From Corynebacterium glutamicum ATCC 13032 (GTDB lineage: Bacteria > Actinomycetota > Actinomycetes > Mycobacteriales > Mycobacteriaceae), in NCBI RefSeq assembly GCF_000011325.1, contig NC_003450.3, positions 1,920,001 to 1,952,000 on the forward strand: a stretch of 32,000 nucleotides of DNA. The letters run 5' to 3'. This document shows positions 1 to 8,533 of the stretch, in pieces. The notes below the pieces were generated by a model that was not told the origin of the DNA, made no database searches, and saw only the letters and a list, made by a program, of their open reading frames with translations. The position numbers were made by a program, and so were the translations under genes. Each line of letters opens with the position of its first letter. Position 1 is the stretch's first letter.

Positions 1-194
1 TCAATAGCATGTAAAAATCTAATAACAGCCAAGCGCTGGCTTTCTCTAAACTCGCTGCGAGCAACCTTCAGGTTTACCTTCGCTTCTTTTCTAAAGTCCA
101 AGTACCGGTCCACATATTTCAATACAGCTGTGAATACAGCAACAAGCAAACCGCCTGACACCCCTATTAATAAACTTTCTAAATTTATGGGCAA
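1..194 (-). CDS. possible small membrane protein, 3' end runs off the window (TTG start candidate at 194)
   Basis: The minus-strand frame is open from about 215 to position 1. It reads ...LPINLESLLIGVSGGLLVAVFTAVLKYVDRYLDFRKEAKVNLKVARSEF..., with one clear hydrophobic helix. There is no ATG and the SD is weak. It is absent from the ORF track because it is unterminated. Confidence 0.25.
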   Translation of the reverse strand, partial: MPINLESLLIGVSGGLLVAVFTAVLKYVDRYLDFRKEAKVNLKVARSEFRESQRLAVIRFLHAI

Positions 195-343
195 CGCTGC
201 TATCTTCTTTTCTCTAATTATGTGGATCAGATCAGTTAATTGTCATAATAGTGTTAATCTCAACCTCAAAGATGATTTCCAGACGCATTGATTGAAATCA
301 CAAACTCAGTTCCGCTGGATACATCTTCAAAAGTGTTATATGA

Positions 344-1276
344 CTACGAAAGAAAATAACGCTCTTTAAACTCCGGCGAACAGGCTTCCATGACACTACT
401 CATCATTGTTTTATTCTCTTGCCTCTTCGTTTTATTCTTCTCTCGAGCGAGGATTCGCTTCTCCCAGTACGGTTCTGCCTGAAGCATCTTTTGTGGTGAA
501 AGCTTAAAATTCCCGTGCTCATTAGTCCAAATGAAAGAGTTGGGGGTAAAAATTTCTGAGTTGAACATATAGTTCGCTAAATCTACAGACCAAGAAAACT
601 CTCGACTTTCAGAAAAATGGTACTGACAAAGACGACCCAAAAGAGCACAAATCCAGTCTGCAAACTGAACAGTTCCGTATAAATGACTGTCCGCCTGAAG
701 CGGTATATCAACCACTCTGCTCAAATCTTTATCTGCATGGCGGCTAAAAATTGTGCTACCTAAAGTGGACACCGCTCTCGTTCGGTTATCAGCCTCAGTC
801 GCATCCATGATGACCATAATCTCATCATCCTTTGAGGCACCAATCGACCCAACGCGCTTAATAGTTTGAATCAAACAATGCTTTTCTCGCTCCTGAGTCG
901 ATTCGCAGCTGATGCTCACTGGACCGAGTGGCTTCTCTTGCCCAAAGAAAAAAACGTTTCCTCTAGATCGCTTAAGCTCTCTCGATATTCGTTTCAAGGC
1001 GGGAATCATTTCACTCCCATACTTATTATAGTTTTTGGTAGTAAGGAGACTCGCCCCTTTCTTTTCCCATCGTCGCGGATGAACATTTGCTGCACGAATT
1101 TCTTCAGCTAAAAGACGCTCTTTAATATGTTCGAAGTAACCACCAAATCGACGAACCTCGACTTCAGGGATGACAAATCCGCCATAGCCAAAAACAGGGT
1201 TTTCATGATACTTTTTATGCTTTGGACTGATATAGGGGCCTACATGCCCAAATTCATCCAAGTATACAATCAACAA
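344..1276 (-). CDS. DUF3800-family protein
   Basis: The N-terminus IVYLDEFGHVG matches the DUF3800 hallmark (hhYxDExG). The C-terminal block PLQADSHLYGTVQFADWICALLGR matches the DS...lQxAD block. TTG start (1276 or 1273) with a strong SD aaggagg 8 nt upstream. Confidence 0.75.
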   Translation of the reverse strand: MLIVYLDEFGHVGPYISPKHKKYHENPVFGYGGFVIPEVEVRRFGGYFEHIKERLLAEEIRAANVHPRRWEKKGASLLTTKNYNKYGSEMIPALKRISRELKRSRGNVFFFGQEKPLGPVSISCESTQEREKHCLIQTIKRVGSIGASKDDEIMVIMDATEADNRTRAVSTLGSTIFSRHADKDLSRVVDIPLQADSHLYGTVQFADWICALLGRLCQYHFSESREFSWSVDLANYMFNSEIFTPNSFIWTNEHGNFKLSPQKMLQAEPYWEKRILAREKNKTKRQENKTMMSSVMEACSPEFKERYFLS

Positions 1277-1300
1277 AATAAATACCTCCTTAAAGGCTCA

Positions 1301-1329
1301 GTGGCCAATCAGCTTTGCTGATTGGCCAC
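1301..1329. promoter_or_regulatory. perfect palindrome/hairpin (13-bp arms, 3-nt loop) just upstream of the DUF3800 RBS
   Basis: gtggccaatcagc-ttt-gctgattggccac. It lies between the giant gene stop (1544) and the DUF3800 start. No T-tract follows on the minus strand, so operator and I-shaped terminator are both possible. A second perfect 18-bp palindrome, ctccttaatattaaggag, sits at 1371-1388. Confidence 0.4.
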
Positions 1330-1543
1330 CGGAATTGGCGCGTTACCCGTTTTTCAGAGCCGCCACCGTACTCCTTAATATTAAGGAGAATGTTGCACTT
1401 GCGCAACCTCAATTACTGTTGTCGCATCTATCTAGTGCAAAGAATACCCCTTTCCATCACCCCTTTGTCTAAAAAATACAATCAGACAAGAGCTAACACA
1501 ACGACCGCAGAGATCCCTCTCCACGGTCATTGTGTTTTACACG

Positions 1544-4500
1544 CTATTTAACGCCTTTATCACCCTTCTCGGTTACGCCACTCCCCTGCTGTGGATCTGC
1601 TTCAGTGCCACCTACACTGTTGCCGTCCATGTTTGCCATGCGACCGCTTACCGCTGCTGAACGCATTGCTGCATTCATCGCCTGGCCGGTCACAGAAGGC
1701 TTCTGACCTCGCTGTGCACGGATACCGTTCTTAGCACTGACACCGCTGCGCTGTGCGCCTCGACCGCCTTGAGTTGCTCCACCACGGCCACCAGAGCGTC
1801 CGCTGCCACCCATCGCGTCGCGAACATTAGCACCCATCTGACCAGGCTGACCGATTCCTCGTACAGCCTGTGATGCCAGTGAGCCAGCAACGTTCGCGCC
1901 CATAATTTGAGCTGATGACGGTGCACGCGTGTTTGCTGTGTGCGCGGTGTTGGCCTGGTTGTTCTGCACAAATGCTTGTGCATGACCAGACTCTTGGTAG
2001 TGAGCCTGACCAGGCGCCACTGGTCCATGTGATGCATTGACCACATGTGCGGCACCTGTTGAGCCAGTAGCTCCACCGGAAACAGCGTTGTTGATCATTC
2101 CCGCACCAGCTGCAGCATTACCCATCGCACCCTGGACAGTACCTGCGCCTTGTGCTGCAGAGCTTGCTGCGCCCGCTGCACCGATCACACCTGCGACACC
2201 GGCAATACCAGCTGCCCCCTGTGCCATCTGACCAAAGCTTGCGCCAGAGGAACCAGCATCCGCATTGGTCACAGCATTCTGAATCTGACCTGGAACCTGA
2301 GACAAGTGCTGTGCTGCCTCGGTGACCTTGCCAGCCACATCAACACCACCCATACCGCCTGCAGCATAAGCGCTGTTCACACTGTCACCTACCTGCTGTC
2401 CCATGGACGCCAGCTGAGTATTGAGCGCTGAGCCAGAAAGATCGCCAAGCTGCTTGCCGGCCTTTCCAGCAGGTGCTTCAGTGGCTTGAGCACTAAGTTG
2501 CTCCATACCAGCTATGGAACCTGCTGGTGCAAGACCCTGAGACGCTGCAATCTGAAGAGCTGCGTCATTCATGGCCTGATCGGAACTCGACACAGATCCA
2601 CCAGCGAGAGCGCCCATTGGGGTGCCACTCTGCAATGCAGCCTCGCTCATGTTCAGACCTGCGCTTGAATCGGTCGCACTGTAATCAGCACCGGTAGTTC
2701 CGACTGTGCCCGCAGCACCCGAGACATCTGCACCATAGGTGTCTGGAATCTTGGACAGACCAGACTCAGTGACACTGCTTGCCAGAGACTGATCGTCCAT
2801 GACATCCGCTGCAGTGGTAATGCCACTCGATTTCACACCAGATTTCTCCATCATGGTTCCTGACGAGCTCAGACCAGCCATCTTCATTTCAGCTTCAGCA
2901 GCACTCATTGGTGTGCCATCAGCATGAAGCGGGTTACCCTGTGCATCAACGCTCGCACCCTCACCGTCGAGAGTGGTTCCATCGGAGCTATACGCAGCAT
3001 TGCTAAATGACGCGCGACCAGCACCATCAACAACACCGTCTACAAAATCAGCGTTAGCATCAGCAGAAGCAATTGCATCTCCATCTGCTACATAGTCGCC
3101 ATCAACGGTAGCGTCACCACCTGCTGCGAACGCACCATCACCGTCGCCGTTGATAACGCCATCTGCATAATTATCGAGCGCATCCGTAGCATACTTACCG
3201 ACTAATCCGGCACCAGCCACAGTTGTGACAACCTTCGCCAGACCAGCAGCCTTCTCACCCAAGCCTGAATCGCTACCGCCACCTGATCCACCAGAGCCTG
3301 AATCAGATCCACCACCGTCACCATCACGGTTGAGTACCATATGTGTCGCACCAATACCAAGACCCGTTGCGGCTGCACGACGCATCATGCCGTCACCAGA
3401 GGTAGCACCTGCAGAAGAGACCTGTGTATCCAAGAAGCGGTTAATAACACTGGTCACGGCTTCATCGACACCTGATACCAAAGATCCGCGCACCTTCATC
3501 GCAATAATCGTGAAGATGATGACCCCCATGGATGAGGCCACTGTGATCACCATGCCGGCAATCGCCCAGTTGCCTGAGGTAGCTAGTGCCATACCGACTA
3601 GCCCCATACCAGCACCGGCAACCAGCTCAGCACTCTCGTTACTACTTAAGGAATCAGCCAAAGGTTGTTCAAAGAGTGCTGGTACAGCCATCAAGAACCG
3701 GGTAATGAGCTGGTACAAAATGATCGTTCCGATAACCTCTACGAGCATAGCGATGGTGTACACAATGACCTTGGCAACACCAGCAATAAAGCCCATCGCA
3801 GCAAAAGGAACGGCACCAATGAGCGACAGCGTGCGTCGAATCGTATTAAACAGCATGGCACCGGCGTAACCGATACCGATCACGATGAAGCTACCCATCA
3901 GGGACATTGCAGAGAACCAGTACACAAAGTTCATGGCACCAGAACCGATAAGACTCACTGCGCTATGCGATGCACGGGTGTAGCTTGACGCAGAAGTGGA
4001 CGTAGAAAAGACACTTGCATCAGCTGGATGGAATGAGGTGTTGAGGAAGTTGTACATCGTCAAGGGCGACATATTGCAGTCACTTCGGTAGTCCCCGACC
4101 ACAGCACGAGAACCTGTCACGACTGAGTTGTTGCATGACGCTGTCGCATCACCAGATTTAAATGACACCGCATTGCGGTCAATAGGTCGTCCCTGCAGAC
4201 CAGCTGAGTCGCTGACCTCAAGCAATGGATTGTTCGCATCAGCTAATTCAGCAGCAGTGATCTCATTAAGACCAGAGGCTGTGTTGTAACCAGTAACCCA
4301 GGCCATTACATCACCACCGGCAACAGCTTCGCCACTTCCCTCTTTCGAGGTCAAAGATTCCATCGCACTTCGAATAGAGGTTTCGAAACTGCCAGAGGAG
4401 ATACTGTCGTTGTCGATATAACGACTCAGTAGCGCGATGGTTCCCTGGAAAATAGTCGTCGCCGAACTTGATGAGGTCCCATCGGTGCCAGAATTGGCTG

Positions 4501-6010
4501 GATCCGCCATCTTTTCCATCCAGTCCATGCTATAGCCTAGATCCATGGAACCTGGATTCTTAAAAGTAGTAAAACTCTCATTTGATTGAGCATTAATTTC
4601 CAACGCCGAATTGCGTACCATCCGCATGGACTGCCCTGTTGGCGCCTGATCCTCCAGACTCCACGCCAGTGTTACTTTGTCAGGAACACGCATACGGGTG
4701 TTTTCTGCCCATGATTGGAAATCCACGTAGGTGGACAACACAATCTTTGTCGCATTTGATCCAGCACTTGTGGAACTACCGCTGTCGAGGAAGGAATCCA
4801 GCGCACCGGTATAAGAGACACCAAGCAGTGGCAGGCCAACGACACCGTACACGACGCGGATAACAACCTTTTTAAACGCTGATCCCTTGTCCATGCGTCG
4901 AAACATCAACGCACCCATCATAAACAGACCAATGGAGACAGGAATAACGATGAGCCAGCCCACAGTCACTGACCAGTTATAGATCAACCCGAAGAAATCA
5001 GTCATTCCTTCAAACGGTGTTCCTTCTGTGGTCTGCCCACCAGCCATATTCTCAGTGAATGTCTTGTTAGTATTCTGAGATACTGGTCCAACGAGCAGTC
5101 TAAATGGGTTTATGGTGCTCAAGATATTCAGCACAGTGTTAAAAACCAGATCAATGCCTCCGGAGATGATGTACGCGATCATCATCGCGTACCCCATGCC
5201 CTTACGCTGAGCAAAATCAGTCTGCGAATCCTCCGCCTTTGAGCTATCAAAGCCTAAGCCACTCAGTGTCGCGCCAAATAATGCAAAGTGATAAGGCCCT
5301 TGAAAGGCATGATCAGCTAGAGAATCATAGGAGTACGTTTTCTCGTTGTTGGCAACACCATTACCAAAGAACCAACCAGAGTCCTCGTTGTGTTTCGCGT
5401 CAGCATAACCAAGGACATTGCCTCCGTTGGCGGCCTTACTGAGAATGCCCTCCCACACCTTAAGACCGGCGTCCTCAGAATCGAGGAACTCGTTCGGTCC
5501 GCCTTCCTCTACACCGGCAGTAGCTGCCCGACCATTGCCATAGAACGATGCCATCGCAGAGGCCATACGGTACATGGAGTAATCAGGGGCTTTATCAAGG
5601 TTCTGTTCTTTACGTTGCTCTTCGTTTTTCGCATCGTAGAAGCACTTCAAGACATCTTCTGCTTCGAGACACTTCTCGATAATGTGCATTTCACCTAAGT
5701 TCTCGGTGATGCACTTAAGAAGCATCTCGGTGTCACCATCACTGGGACAAATCGCTTCAAAGGCAACCTCGCCCATAGCACCGACAACCTGGGCAATAAT
5801 AGCGCTGGCGAAAGCATTAGCTTCACGTTCCTTGTTACCAAACGCACCAAAGCTCAAACCCACTGAGATCAAGAGCGTCATGACAACAGCCATCGTTCGG
5901 CGTCGCCACGTCTTGTGTCGGTTGTGTTTAAGCTCCATGCGCGCAATCTCAGCATCTACGTCCTGCTCACTAAGCTGTACAGGTTGCGGTTCTAAAACTG
6001 TCGCAGTCAC
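1544..6010 (-). CDS. giant polytopic membrane protein (1488 aa), candidate extended VirB6/TrbL-like T4SS channel component with a long disordered Gly/Ala/Ser-rich tail
   Basis: Uninterrupted 4.4-kb ORF with a GTG start. About 10 or more hydrophobic helices fall in three clusters (about aa 40-57, 270-405, 690-860), separated by two large hydrophilic domains. From about aa 870 the protein is low-complexity G/A/S/D-rich and ends in RGG-like motifs (GGSGRSGGRGGATQGGRGAQRSG). The VirB6-like label is inferred from topology and context only. Confidence 0.85.
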   Translation of the reverse strand: MTATVLEPQPVQLSEQDVDAEIARMELKHNRHKTWRRRTMAVVMTLLISVGLSFGAFGNKEREANAFASAIIAQVVGAMGEVAFEAICPSDGDTEMLLKCITENLGEMHIIEKCLEAEDVLKCFYDAKNEEQRKEQNLDKAPDYSMYRMASAMASFYGNGRAATAGVEEGGPNEFLDSEDAGLKVWEGILSKAANGGNVLGYADAKHNEDSGWFFGNGVANNEKTYSYDSLADHAFQGPYHFALFGATLSGLGFDSSKAEDSQTDFAQRKGMGYAMMIAYIISGGIDLVFNTVLNILSTINPFRLLVGPVSQNTNKTFTENMAGGQTTEGTPFEGMTDFFGLIYNWSVTVGWLIVIPVSIGLFMMGALMFRRMDKGSAFKKVVIRVVYGVVGLPLLGVSYTGALDSFLDSGSSTSAGSNATKIVLSTYVDFQSWAENTRMRVPDKVTLAWSLEDQAPTGQSMRMVRNSALEINAQSNESFTTFKNPGSMDLGYSMDWMEKMADPANSGTDGTSSSSATTIFQGTIALLSRYIDNDSISSGSFETSIRSAMESLTSKEGSGEAVAGGDVMAWVTGYNTASGLNEITAAELADANNPLLEVSDSAGLQGRPIDRNAVSFKSGDATASCNNSVVTGSRAVVGDYRSDCNMSPLTMYNFLNTSFHPADASVFSTSTSASSYTRASHSAVSLIGSGAMNFVYWFSAMSLMGSFIVIGIGYAGAMLFNTIRRTLSLIGAVPFAAMGFIAGVAKVIVYTIAMLVEVIGTIILYQLITRFLMAVPALFEQPLADSLSSNESAELVAGAGMGLVGMALATSGNWAIAGMVITVASSMGVIIFTIIAMKVRGSLVSGVDEAVTSVINRFLDTQVSSAGATSGDGMMRRAAATGLGIGATHMVLNRDGDGGGSDSGSGGSGGGSDSGLGEKAAGLAKVVTTVAGAGLVGKYATDALDNYADGVINGDGDGAFAAGGDATVDGDYVADGDAIASADANADFVDGVVDGAGRASFSNAAYSSDGTTLDGEGASVDAQGNPLHADGTPMSAAEAEMKMAGLSSSGTMMEKSGVKSSGITTAADVMDDQSLASSVTESGLSKIPDTYGADVSGAAGTVGTTGADYSATDSSAGLNMSEAALQSGTPMGALAGGSVSSSDQAMNDAALQIAASQGLAPAGSIAGMEQLSAQATEAPAGKAGKQLGDLSGSALNTQLASMGQQVGDSVNSAYAAGGMGGVDVAGKVTEAAQHLSQVPGQIQNAVTNADAGSSGASFGQMAQGAAGIAGVAGVIGAAGAASSAAQGAGTVQGAMGNAAAGAGMINNAVSGGATGSTGAAHVVNASHGPVAPGQAHYQESGHAQAFVQNNQANTAHTANTRAPSSAQIMGANVAGSLASQAVRGIGQPGQMGANVRDAMGGSGRSGGRGGATQGGRGAQRSGVSAKNGIRAQRGQKPSVTGQAMNAAMRSAAVSGRMANMDGNSVGGTEADPQQGSGVTEKGDKGVK
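5285..5314. repeat. 30-bp exact direct repeat, copy 1 (inside the giant gene; encodes DHAFQGPYHF on the minus strand)
   Basis: aaagtgataaggcccttgaaaggcatgatc is identical to 14548-14577 in the same orientation. The flanks are unrelated. Confidence 0.95.
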
Positions 6011-6063
6011 TTGCCCGCCACCCCCTCAATATTCGTTTTAAACAATTGCTTAAAAAGTTTCAT
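6007..6063 (-). CDS. 18-codon upstream mini-ORF (MKLFKQLFKTNIEGVAGK) whose stop overlaps the giant gene GTG start (GTGA)
   Basis: It starts with an ATG preceded by gaattgggga. The SD, the ATG and the first 14 nt are shared with the 810-aa gene start at 31450. Its TGA stop (6009-6007) overlaps the GTG at 6010-6008. Confidence 0.35.
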   Translation of the reverse strand: MKLFKQLFKTNIEGVAGK

Positions 6064-6135
6064 TAATCCCCAATTCAAAGTTATTTTAGAATGGAATATA
6101 GAAACTTTAACACATTAAAATTGAATATTAAATGT
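6050..6135 (-). promoter_or_regulatory. conserved promoter/leader module, copy A (upstream of the giant membrane-protein gene)
   Basis: Three blocks are shared with 31437-31520 at near-identical spacing. On the minus strand: acatttaata - 11 nt - tgtgttaaagtttct - 21-23 nt - tgaattggggatNNatgaaactttttaa. The middle spacer is AT-rich with -10-like tatatt/taatat. Confidence 0.6.
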
Positions 6136-6190
6136 TGTTTAAAGTCGAAATTGTGAATCCAGATGGATGGGTATATCCAGCTCAAGACGT

Positions 6191-6227
6191 AAAAACCACC
6201 CTGTACACCATCAGGTACAGGGTGGTT
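6191..6227 (-). terminator. rho-independent terminator of the lipoprotein gene
   Basis: Minus strand: aaccaccctgtac-ctgatggt-gtacagggtggtt followed by ttttt. It lies about 30 nt after the stop at 6256. Confidence 0.75.
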
Positions 6228-6255
6228 AAAGCGGGGTGCTTTAAGTGAAATAGCT

Positions 6256-6837
6256 TTATTCAGTGGGCTTATACGAGTCAAGCTCCGTACCCATGTCATA
6301 CAAGTCAGGAGATTCGCCATCAAAAAACAACTCACAATACTCAGGGACCCCATCACAGTAATCACCTAATGTAATACGAGATGCCGAGGATTCAGCCTCT
6401 AAATCTGTAAATCCCAATTCAGACAAATGAGCGATGACATCACTACGCACCTCGTCAAGCTTCTCGCTTCGCGCGCCACCAAAGTACCAAGATTCCAAAT
6501 AGCCAACAGCCTGGTAATCCGCAGCGAATTGGAAACCATCACCCAAGCGCTCCGCAGCCGCCTGCGCATCAGCTTTATCAAAGCCCTTACCTACAGCGTT
6601 GTCCACAGCCACAGCAGCAGATGATCCATCAGCCACAGCAGAACGCATAAAGGTGTCTAATTGAGCATCCTTATCAACAGCTGCAGAATCTGTTGTGTCA
6701 GCCGATGCAGAAGATGAGCCAGTACTGCTACTACTAGCACCGCTACTGTCCGGGCCGTCAGCATCACTAGAGCAAGCAGATAAGCCAAACATCAGCGTAC
6801 TGACAGCCAGCAGCGCAAGAGTTTTATTCTTCAACAT
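6256..6837 (-). CDS. lipoprotein, function unknown
   Basis: Signal peptide with lipobox MLKNKTLALLAVSTLMFGLSAC, then a Ser-rich linker and an acidic C-terminal domain. Terminator directly downstream. Confidence 0.85.
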   Translation of the reverse strand: MLKNKTLALLAVSTLMFGLSACSSDADGPDSSGASSSSTGSSSASADTTDSAAVDKDAQLDTFMRSAVADGSSAAVAVDNAVGKGFDKADAQAAAERLGDGFQFAADYQAVGYLESWYFGGARSEKLDEVRSDVIAHLSELGFTDLEAESSASRITLGDYCDGVPEYCELFFDGESPDLYDMGTELDSYKPTE

Positions 6838-7241
6838 GAGTTACGTCCTTAATATATACAGCAGTCGTGGTGTGGACCATGACTGCTGTAGAAGTCTCCC
6901 CCTGCACCCATGGTTAGCGTACTTTAATATTTATAACCCAAACCATATTATTTCGCAGAATTATGTGCAAAATGTAGCGACTGCGCTACTACCCCCGGTA
7001 GAACATGGGGGGATTTAAAGAGGAAATAGCGCCGAACATACGTGAAATAGAGACAAGCAAATAGTCTATCAGAGCACATAAAGGTGCCATACCCACTCTT
7101 TCAACTGATGACATAGGCATTCCACCCGAATGAGTAGTCGCACAACCAAGACAAATCAACGCTGTGTTACCCAACCGGATGGTGTAAGAAGCACTGAAGA
7201 CTTGATTTAAAGTCATCCCCCGCTGACGGCCTTGAATTTCT

Positions 7242-8189
7242 CTAGCCACCTGAAACCAGTTGTGGGATGTTTTCGATTATCTGTTTACCTACAAGATTTA
7301 ACATTGTAGTGAAGGCTTTATCGCCGGCTTTTATGCTGAGTTCCTTCAACTTTTCAAAAGCATTCTGGATAAAACCTTTATTCGGAGACTCCTTCTTCAA
7401 CTCATCCGCGATGGATTGAATGCTTTCTTCGGCTTCAGCTCTAGCTTCCCCTAAGTCGAACTTTTCAGGATTAATGGTCTGCATAATCTTCAGTAGGTCA
7501 TCCACGGACAATCCCTTCTGCACAGCTTTAGCGCTGTTACCAATGGCTACAGCTCCATTGGCTTGAGTGATTGTAGTTTCGTAGTTATTTTCAATGTGCT
7601 TCATGACCGTGGCATTAACCTTTTCGCTGCTTGGTAGTTCATCCAGAGGAGTTGCGTGTGTGAGGTCGGCAATCATGGAAGTCATTAGAGTTCGGATGCG
7701 GTCCACAATTCCCGAAAAATAAGAGTTATCTAAGTAAACATTTAAATTCAAAATTTGATTTAATGGCGCGTACTGATCATTATGAAGATCGCGGACCCGA
7801 AGTAAATTCGGGGGCGATAAATTAATCCCATCCTGCCTAGTCGACCATTCAATTAGCGTTTGAATCGGCTGATCAAAATGCAGCTCTTCAGGGAAATACT
7901 TACGAGCTCTTTCAGGAACATTATGTGGCCCCAGTACCATATTAGACATTATTGAATTACCAGCTTGAATTTTCGCGAATACAGGAGGTCCTTTCAATTT
8001 GCGATATTCCGGAATACCATCAATGGAGCCATAACCATTTAATTCATTTTTCGCCCACTCTTGTAAAGAGTCCGAGTTAGTATCACTTCCAAGGAAGATA
8101 CACGCCCGAAGAAGCTCCGTTAATGGACGCTCTTCTATTAAGCCTTTTCTGATGGATACAAGCAGAGAATCAGTCATGCTAAATATCAT
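7242..8189 (-). CDS. AbiTii-domain protein (abortive-infection-like)
   Basis: The N-terminal pattern LTELLRACIFLGSDTNSDSLQEWAKNELNGYGSIDGIPEYRKL matches my recollection of the AbiTii signature (LLRK..L......l.eW...ELnGY....P.YR). The gene is AT-rich relative to its neighbours. Alternative start at 8177 (MTDSLL). Confidence 0.7.
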   Translation of the reverse strand: MIFSMTDSLLVSIRKGLIEERPLTELLRACIFLGSDTNSDSLQEWAKNELNGYGSIDGIPEYRKLKGPPVFAKIQAGNSIMSNMVLGPHNVPERARKYFPEELHFDQPIQTLIEWSTRQDGINLSPPNLLRVRDLHNDQYAPLNQILNLNVYLDNSYFSGIVDRIRTLMTSMIADLTHATPLDELPSSEKVNATVMKHIENNYETTITQANGAVAIGNSAKAVQKGLSVDDLLKIMQTINPEKFDLGEARAEAEESIQSIADELKKESPNKGFIQNAFEKLKELSIKAGDKAFTTMLNLVGKQIIENIPQLVSGG

Positions 8190-8207
8190 AATCCATCAAA
8201 CATTTGA

Positions 8208-8384
8208 TCGGTGTCAATCAATGCGTTCTGGACTGAGGTGACCACCATGCAAGACGAGGTGGACCTAGTGATCACCAACCCGCCGTTTTCTCTGTTCCGT
8301 GAGTTCCTGAGTTGGCTATTACACGGTGACGTGTTGTTTTCTATCATCGGTAACGCGAACGTAATCACATATCTAGGTGCCTGA
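8208..8384 (+). pseudogene. remnant of an N6-adenine DNA methyltransferase (EcoRI-methylase-like family), motif IV region only
   Basis: The plus frame reads ...WTEVTTMQDEVDLVITNPPFSLFREFLSWLLHGDVLFSIIGNANVITYLGA*. NPPF is catalytic motif IV, and NPPFSLFRE...IGN.N.ITY is typical of that family. Only 58 codons lie between stops, with no motif I and no C-terminal domain. The track ORF 8186..8368 (-) is its antisense shadow. Confidence 0.75.
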
Positions 8385-8533
8385 ATCTAGATTAAAACTA
8401 TAAACATTATTTAAAACCATTGCCTTATTGGAGCATGCTGCAAGCTTTTCGCGGTGGGCTTGCAACATCTTACATCAGAATGAATGATGTTAAACACCTA
8501 ATAAGTTCAAGTAGTTAAAAGGAAATATCAACA

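Noticed and set aside
1690-3988. Multiple 60-214-aa ORFs on both strands inside the giant gene tail (e.g. 1690..2076, 2037..2231, 2150..2431, 3225..3869, 3665..3988).
   Set aside because: They lie entirely within the GC-rich, low-complexity Gly/Ala/Ser-coding region of the 1488-aa ORF. Their products are Pro/Arg/Ala-rich shadows typical of alternative frames, and none has a start context of its own.
6081-6365. 94-aa minus-strand ORF spanning the terminator and promoter module, and the 86-aa ORF 6989..7249.
   Set aside because: The first runs through an intrinsic terminator and overlaps the lipoprotein gene's 3' end in another frame. The second sits in the lipoprotein promoter region overlapping the AbiTii stop. 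Neither has start signals or motifs.
6256-6837. Possible Ltp-type (superinfection-exclusion) lipoprotein assignment for the 193-aa lipoprotein.
   Set aside because: There is only a vague resemblance (A..YL....F.....L...L.ELGF...A) to the Ltp repeat as I remember it. That is not enough to call it without a profile search, so I kept it as a generic lipoprotein.
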